A stretch of DNA of 52,140 bases from a bacterium (GTDB lineage: Bacteria; JADJOY01), in assembly GCA_046331705.1 (NCBI GenBank), contig JAXLQJ010000051.1, forward strand, positions 1 through 52,140, in the 5' to 3' direction. Below, one piece after another: positions 46,295-52,140 of this stretch. The notes beneath the pieces were generated by a model, which was not told where the DNA came from, did no database searches, and was given only the letters and a program-made list of their open reading frames with translations. The position numbers were made by a program, and so were the translations under genes. Positions within the stretch are counted from its first letter, which is position 1, and every line of letters begins with the position of its first letter.

Positions 46295-49200
46295 ATGAGC
46301 GGACAGCTCGCGCTGCCCATCCCGAGCACCGCACTGGTGCCGGTGACGGTTGCGCCGGCCACGATTCCCGCGGGCTCGATTCTCGACGCCTTCCATCCGG
46401 TCATCCAGACCTGGTTCGCGCGCCGTTTCGCGAGCGGCCCCACCGAGCCGCAGGCGCGCGGCTGGGCGGAGATCCTCGCCGGTCGCGACACGCTCATCGC
46501 GGCCCCCACCGGCTCGGGCAAGACGCTGGCCGCGTTCCTGACCAGCCTCGATCGGCTCTACCGCGCCGCCGAGAGCGGGCTGCTCGAAGACCGGATCGAG
46601 GTGGTTTACGTCTCGCCGCTCAAGGCACTCTCGACCGACATCCAGCGGAATCTCGAAGAGCCATTGCGCGAGATCTCGGCCACCGCCGCGGCGCTCGGCT
46701 ACCCACCCGTCGAGATCCGCACCTGGGTGCGCACCGGCGACACGCCCGCCGCCGAGCGCCAGAAAGCGCTCAAGAAGCCACCCCACATCCTCATCACCAC
46801 GCCCGAGTCGCTCTACCTGATGGCGACCGCGGCCAAGAGCCGCGAGGCGTTGCGCCACGTGCGCACGGTGATCGTCGACGAGATCCACGCGCTGGTGCGC
46901 GACAAGCGCGGCAGCCACCTCTCGCTCACGCTGGCGCGGCTCGATCACCTGGCGCACGCGCGGCCGGCGCGCATCGGTCTCTCGGCCACGCAGCGCCCCA
47001 TCGAGGAGACGGCGCGCTTCCTGGTGGGCACGGCGCGGGTTCAGCCGGACACCACGCCCGAATGCTCGATCGTGGACGTGGGCCATCTGCGCTCGCTCAA
47101 GCTCGAGATCGCCACACCGCGCACCGAGCTGGCGGCGGTGGCGTCGGGCGAGCAGTGGAACGATCTCTACGATCGGCTCGCCGAGCTGATCCGAGCCCAC
47201 CGCACGACGCTGGTGTTCGTGAACACCCGCCGTGCCGCCGAGCGGGTCGCGCACGCCTTGGTCGAGCGGCTCGGCGAGGAGCAGGTGGCGTCCCACCACG
47301 GCAGTCTCGCCAAGGAGCGGCGCCTCGAGCTCGAGACACGCCTCAAGCTCGGGCGCATGAAGGCGGTGGTGGCCACCGCTTCGCTCGAGCTGGGCATCGA
47401 CGTCGGCACCGTCGATCTCGTCTGCCAGCTCGAATCGCCGCGGCAGATCGCCACGTTCCTGCAGCGGGTGGGGCGGTCGGGCCACGCGCTGGGGCTCGAG
47501 CCGCACGGTGTGCTCTTTCCGCTCACCCGCGACGATCTCGTCGAATGCGCGGCGCTGGTGCGCGCCGTGCGCGGGCGGCGCCTCGACAAGCTGTGCGTGC
47601 CGCGGGCGCCCCTCGACATCGTCGCGCAGCAGATCGTCGCCGAGTGCGCCGGCGAGACCTGGCGCGAGGACGATCTCTTCGATCTCGTTCGCGAGGCATG
47701 GCCGTACGCCGCGCTCGAGCGACGGAAATTCGACGAGATCGTGGAGATGCTGAGCGAGGGCATCGCCACCGGCACCGGCCGCGCGGCGGCGCACCTGCAC
47801 CGCGACCGGATCCACGGCACGCTTCGCGGCCGACGCGGCGCGCGAATGGTGGCCGTGCAATGCGGCGGTGCCATCCCCGAGCTCGCCGACTACAAGGTCG
47901 TCGCCGAGCCCGAGGGCGCATTCGTGGGCACGGTGGACGAGGACTTCGCCATCGAGAGCATGGCGGGCGACATCTTCCTGCTCGGCACCACCTCGTGGAA
48001 GATCCGCCGCATCGAATCGGGAGTGGTGCGGGTCGAGAACGCGCACGGCGCGCCGCCCACGATCCCGTTCTGGTTCGGCGAGGCACCGGGGCGCTCGATC
48101 GAGCTTTCCGAGGAGGTCGCGGCGCTTCGCACGGAGGTCGACGAGCAGCTGACCCGCACCCACGGCGAGATCGACGAAGCGTTGCTCGCGTGGCTCGCGG
48201 CCGAGGCGGCACTCGCGCGCACCGCCGCCGAGGAGCTGGCGCGCTACGTCCGCGCGCAGAAGGCCGCGCTCGGCGTGCTACCGACCACCACGGAGCTGGT
48301 GCTCGAGCGCTTCTTCGACGAGAGCGGCGGCACCCAGGTGGTCCTCCACGCACCCTTCGGCAGCCGCATCAATCGCGCCATCGGGCTCACGATGCGCAAG
48401 CGCTTCTGCCGCAGCTTCGATTTCGAGCTGCAAGCGGCGGCGAGCGACGACGCGGTGCTGCTCTCGCTCGGGGCGCAGCAGAGCTTTCCCCTCGAGGATC
48501 TCGTCGGCCTGCTGCGGCCGGATGGCGCGCGCGAGACGCTGATCCAGGCGCTGCTCGCGGCGCCCATGTTCGGAGCGCGCTGGCGCTGGAACACCACCCG
48601 AGCGCTCGCCGTGCTCCGCCAGCGCAACGGCCGCCGCGTGCCGCCGCCGATCCAGCGCATGCGGGCCGAGGACCTGCTCGCCGCCGTGTTTCCGCGCCAG
48701 GTGGCGTGCCAGGAGAACGTCACGGGACCGATCGAGGTGCCGGACCATCCGCTCGTCGGACAGACGGTGCAGGATTGCCTCTTCGAAGCCATGGATCTGG
48801 ACGGGCTGGTGCGCGTGCTCCAGGGCATCCGCTCCGGCGAGATCCGCGTCCACTCCCGCGACACCACCGAGCCATCGCCGTTCAGCCACGAGATCCTGTC
48901 CTCGAAGCCGTACACCTTCCTCGACGACGCGCCCCTCGAGGAACGTCGGGCCCGCGCGGTGCAGACACGCCGGGTGCTCTCGGAAGAGGATCGCGCGCTC
49001 GCGGTGCTCGACGCCGCCGCGATCGAGCGCGTCTGCGACGAGGCCTGGCCGGACCCACGCGACGCCGACGAGCTTCACGAGGCGTTGCTCGGCTTCGTGG
49101 CGCTGGCGGAGGACGAAGCCGCCGAGTGGAGCGCGCCGCTCGAGGAGCTGGTCGCCACCGGACGCGCGGCGTTCGCCACCCTCGGCGCCGGCGGCCACCG

Positions 49201-50614
49201 TGTGGTCTTCGCCGCGGAGAACCTGGCGCGGATCGAGGCGCTCTACGCGCCGAGCGCCATCGCGCCCGCGGTCGTGTTGCCAGCCGCGCTCGCGCGCGAC
49301 GCCGTCGACGCCGACGAGGTGGCGGCGCTGCTCGCGGAGGGTCATCTCGCGTGCCGCGGGCCGCTGACGGCGGCCGAGCTGGCGCAAGCGATCGCCCTGC
49401 CGGTGCGGCGGGTCGACGCCGCCATCGCCCAGCTCGAGGCCACCGGCAGCGTGATGCGCGGACGCTTCCGCCCGGGAGCCAGCGAGCCGGAGGTGTGTGA
49501 TCGCCGGCTCCTGGCGCGCATCCACCGCTACACCCTCGATCGCTTGCGCAAGGAGATCGAACCGGTCTCCGGCCAGGATCACGTGCGCTTTCTGTTGCGC
49601 TGGCAGCACGTGGCGCCCGGCACGCGCCTCGAAGGCAAGCGCGGGCTGCTGCGGGTGATCGAGCAGCTTCAGGGCTTCGACGCACCCGTCACCGCATGGG
49701 AGCGCGACATCCTCCCCGGGCGCGTCCTCGGCTACAAGCCCGCGTGGCTCGACGAGCTGTGCTTGAGCGGCGATGTCACGTGGGGACGGCTCGCCCTCGG
49801 ACGCGCCGCCACCGACGAACGCGCGCGCTCGCTGCCCGCGTCCTCGGTCACCCCCGTCTCGCTGGTGCGCCGCGCGGATCTCGCGTGGCTCGGCGCTGGC
49901 ATCCGCGATGCGCCGCCCGCGCCCTCGAACGCGCCTGGCCCCGCAGCGGACGTGCTCGCGCTGCTGGGACGTCGCGGCGCGCTCTTCTTCGACGAGATCG
50001 TGGCGGGAAGCGGCCGAGTGCGCGCCGAGGTCGAGCGCGCGCTCTGGGAAGGGGTGGCCCGCGGCCTCGTCACCGCCGATGGCTTCCAGGCGTTGCGCGC
50101 CCTCAGCCCGGAGGCGCGCGAGGCCGCGCGCAAGCAGCGCGGCCGAGCGCGAAGCTCCCGGCCCACGGCGGCGGGGTTGCCGGCCGGGCGCTGGTCGCTC
50201 TTTCACGTCGTCCTCGACGGCGAGCAACCCCTCGGCGAGGAAGCGCTCGCGGAGCGCTGGGCGTTCCAGCTGCTGCGTCGTTACGGCATCGTCTGCCGTG
50301 CGCTCCTCGAGCGCGAGAATCTGGTGGTGCCGTGGCGGGCGATCCTGCGGGTGCTGCGGCGGCTCGAGGCGCGCGGGCAGGTGAGGGGCGGGCGCTTCGT
50401 CGCGGGCCTCTCGGGCGAACAGTACGCGGACCCGGAGGCGGTCGATCTGTTGCGTACCGTTCGTCGCACCACGCGCTCGGGCGAAGAGGTCGTGGTGGCC
50501 GCCGTCGATCCGCTGAACCTGGTCGGCATCGTCACTCCCGGTCCGCGCGTCCCCGCGACACCCAACGGTGCCGTCGTGTGGCACGACGGCCTCGCCGCGA
50601 CGAGCGAGCGCTGA
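46295..50614 (+). CDS. lhr: Lhr-family DEAD/H helicase, long form with a C-terminal extension
   Basis: APTGSGKT, TTPESL, DEIH, LSAT, HHGSL, SLELGIDVG, QRVGRSGH; C-terminal LLRRYGIV...RGGRFVAGLSGEQYA. Confidence 0.92.
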   Translation: MSGQLALPIPSTALVPVTVAPATIPAGSILDAFHPVIQTWFARRFASGPTEPQARGWAEILAGRDTLIAAPTGSGKTLAAFLTSLDRLYRAAESGLLEDRIEVVYVSPLKALSTDIQRNLEEPLREISATAAALGYPPVEIRTWVRTGDTPAAERQKALKKPPHILITTPESLYLMATAAKSREALRHVRTVIVDEIHALVRDKRGSHLSLTLARLDHLAHARPARIGLSATQRPIEETARFLVGTARVQPDTTPECSIVDVGHLRSLKLEIATPRTELAAVASGEQWNDLYDRLAELIRAHRTTLVFVNTRRAAERVAHALVERLGEEQVASHHGSLAKERRLELETRLKLGRMKAVVATASLELGIDVGTVDLVCQLESPRQIATFLQRVGRSGHALGLEPHGVLFPLTRDDLVECAALVRAVRGRRLDKLCVPRAPLDIVAQQIVAECAGETWREDDLFDLVREAWPYAALERRKFDEIVEMLSEGIATGTGRAAAHLHRDRIHGTLRGRRGARMVAVQCGGAIPELADYKVVAEPEGAFVGTVDEDFAIESMAGDIFLLGTTSWKIRRIESGVVRVENAHGAPPTIPFWFGEAPGRSIELSEEVAALRTEVDEQLTRTHGEIDEALLAWLAAEAALARTAAEELARYVRAQKAALGVLPTTTELVLERFFDESGGTQVVLHAPFGSRINRAIGLTMRKRFCRSFDFELQAAASDDAVLLSLGAQQSFPLEDLVGLLRPDGARETLIQALLAAPMFGARWRWNTTRALAVLRQRNGRRVPPPIQRMRAEDLLAAVFPRQVACQENVTGPIEVPDHPLVGQTVQDCLFEAMDLDGLVRVLQGIRSGEIRVHSRDTTEPSPFSHEILSSKPYTFLDDAPLEERRARAVQTRRVLSEEDRALAVLDAAAIERVCDEAWPDPRDADELHEALLGFVALAEDEAAEWSAPLEELVATGRAAFATLGAGGHRVVFAAENLARIEALYAPSAIAPAVVLPAALARDAVDADEVAALLAEGHLACRGPLTAAELAQAIALPVRRVDAAIAQLEATGSVMRGRFRPGASEPEVCDRRLLARIHRYTLDRLRKEIEPVSGQDHVRFLLRWQHVAPGTRLEGKRGLLRVIEQLQGFDAPVTAWERDILPGRVLGYKPAWLDELCLSGDVTWGRLALGRAATDERARSLPASSVTPVSLVRRADLAWLGAGIRDAPPAPSNAPGPAADVLALLGRRGALFFDEIVAGSGRVRAEVERALWEGVARGLVTADGFQALRALSPEAREAARKQRGRARSSRPTAAGLPAGRWSLFHVVLDGEQPLGEEALAERWAFQLLRRYGIVCRALLERENLVVPWRAILRVLRRLEARGQVRGGRFVAGLSGEQYADPEAVDLLRTVRRTTRSGEEVVVAAVDPLNLVGIVTPGPRVPATPNGAVVWHDGLAATSER

Positions 50615-50638
50615 GCGCTCGCGAAGCGCTCGGCATCC

Positions 50639-52140
50639 TCAGGAGCTGGGTGCTTCCTCGGCAGAGCCACTGCCTTTCGCGTCGCCTCCCGCCCCGGGAT
50701 TCTTGAGACGCTCGAGCGCCCATTGCGCCGCTCCGCGCACGTCCCCGGCGGGATCCTCGAGGTGGCCCTCGATCGCGGCTTGCACGTCCGCCGACGTAAC
50801 TCCCAAGCGACCCAGCGTCTGAAGCGCGAACTTGCGCGTCGTGCTGTCGGGGTCGTCGGCGAGCTCGGCGATGCGGCTCGCCGCCCGGCGTCCTTCCGCC
50901 CCGCCGATCCGCCCGATCGAGCGCGCTGCCGTCTGGCGCAGCCCGACGTGGGGACGGTCGAGGGCGCGCAGCAACGCCGGCACGGCGCTCGCGGCCGGCT
51001 CGCCGATCTTGCCCAGGGCGAACGCCGCGACCATCGCGCGCTGCGCGTCGGTGTCGCCGAGCATCGTCGCCAACGATTCCACGGCGGGGCCGCCGATCTT
51101 TCCGAGCGCCGCGGAGGCTCGCCATTGAAGCGACATGTCCTTGTCTTCCAGGGCGCGGATGAGCGCGGGGATCGCGGGTGCCGCGTCGGCGCCGACCTCA
51201 CCGAGCGCGTGGGCGGCTTCTTCGCGGACCTTGCCGTCGCTCGATCCGAGCAACTCGGCGAGGCGCGGAACCGCCGCGCGCGCAGCGGGCCCGAAGGTCG
51301 CGAGCGCGCGCGCTGCGGCGAACTGGACGTCGCTCTCGCTCGCGGCGAGCACCGTGATCAAGGCGGGTAGCGCGCTCGCCGCGAGCGTGGGATCCATCTT
51401 GCCGATCGCGGTGATCGCCGTGACTCGCGTCTCGGGCGACTTCTCGTCGAGCGCGTGGATGAAGGCCGGCAACGCGTCCACGATCGCCGGGGTCTTGTTC
51501 TCGCCGAGCCCGAAGAGCGCCGCACGGCGAACCTCCGGGTCGGGCTCCTGCGCGACGATCTCCATCAGCGGCGCGATCGGCGCGGACGACCGCGACCCCA
51601 CCCTCCCGGCTGCGCCCGCGGCCGAGCGGCGCAGCTCCAGGTTGGCGTCGTGGGTCATCGAGAGCAGCGTGGGGAGCGCCTCGCTCGCGGCGCTTCCCAT
51701 GGCCGCGACCGCTCGCACCGCTCGCAGCCGAACGGGCATGGCGGGGTCGCCGAGCGCGGTCACCAGCGCGGGAATCGCGCTCTTGGCCTGGCGCGCCATG
51801 TTGCCGAGCGCGAAGGCGGCCCGCTCGCGCACCGTCTCGCTCGGATCCGCGAGCAGCGCGGTCAGCTTCGGCACCGCGGCGCCAGCCGCTCGCTCGCCGA
51901 GCTTGCCGATCGACCACGCCGCCTGCTCGCGGACGGACGCGTCCGAATCGTCGAGGCCCGCCACCAGCAACGGCAGCGCCGCGAGCGCGCGCTCACCGGC
52001 GCCTCCGATCGACCACATCGCCTCGCGCCGGACGTTCGGGTTGGGATCGCGTGACTTCGCCTCCCAATCGGGCGCGGGGCCCTGCTCGGCCGCGGGCGAA
52101 CGCCGCTCGCCGGCGCCGCGCCTGTCGCAACCGGGACACG
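50639..52140 (-). CDS. HEAT/PBS-lyase repeat protein, 5'-truncated, possibly a lipoprotein
   Basis: About 13 repeats of AVPxLxxxLxDxxxxVRxxAAxALGxIG; the frame stays open to the window edge (…CPGCDRR…). Confidence 0.88.
   Translation of the reverse strand, partial: CPGCDRRGAGERRSPAAEQGPAPDWEAKSRDPNPNVRREAMWSIGGAGERALAALPLLVAGLDDSDASVREQAAWSIGKLGERAAGAAVPKLTALLADPSETVRERAAFALGNMARQAKSAIPALVTALGDPAMPVRLRAVRAVAAMGSAASEALPTLLSMTHDANLELRRSAAGAAGRVGSRSSAPIAPLMEIVAQEPDPEVRRAALFGLGENKTPAIVDALPAFIHALDEKSPETRVTAITAIGKMDPTLAASALPALITVLAASESDVQFAAARALATFGPAARAAVPRLAELLGSSDGKVREEAAHALGEVGADAAPAIPALIRALEDKDMSLQWRASAALGKIGGPAVESLATMLGDTDAQRAMVAAFALGKIGEPAASAVPALLRALDRPHVGLRQTAARSIGRIGGAEGRRAASRIAELADDPDSTTRKFALQTLGRLGVTSADVQAAIEGHLEDPAGDVRGAAQWALERLKNPGAGGDAKGSGSAEEAPSS

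Noticed and set aside
50613-50631. Hairpin GAGCGCT-CGCGA-AGCGCTC between convergent lhr and the HEAT-repeat gene
   Set aside because: Only a 7-bp stem with no U-tract; too weak to call a terminator.

Overview
High-GC (roughly 70% by eye) chromosomal window from a diderm, LPS-making bacterium; the gene content is compatible with a deltaproteobacterial/Myxococcota-like organism, but that is inference. In order: thrB; an LPS cluster (waaF, a kinase-pseudokinase-GT2 fusion, a WaaL-like ligase) interrupted by a large PHP-type metallohydrolase and an OprO/P-like porin; a coupled DUF1214-sulfotransferase-SDR-CoA transferase operon; an IPT/SGNH lipoprotein; an Fe3+/thiamine-type ABC transporter; a glycan module (Tat cellulase-like GH, FG-GAP lipoprotein, and a GH5 whose nucleophile Glu appears replaced by Ser); a 3.7-kb cassette (S8 protease plus repeat lipoprotein) bracketed by a 117-bp duplication of the 3' end of the adjacent thiolase; a ~10-kb defence island (type I R-M hsdM-hsdS-[Abi_C/HEPN]-[AAA/DUF4143]-hsdR plus a DUF433/DUF5615 TA pair, with many indels that may be sequencing errors); then glmS, lhr and a HEAT-repeat protein. 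The best novelty candidate is the Abi_C/HEPN protein coupled to hsdS. Its C-terminus is an ungapped homologue (15/40 identical) of the C-terminal DUF3387-type domain of the HsdR in the same operon, suggesting an HsdR-mimicking guard or decoy effector. All family assignments come from motif recognition by eye; no database search was run.
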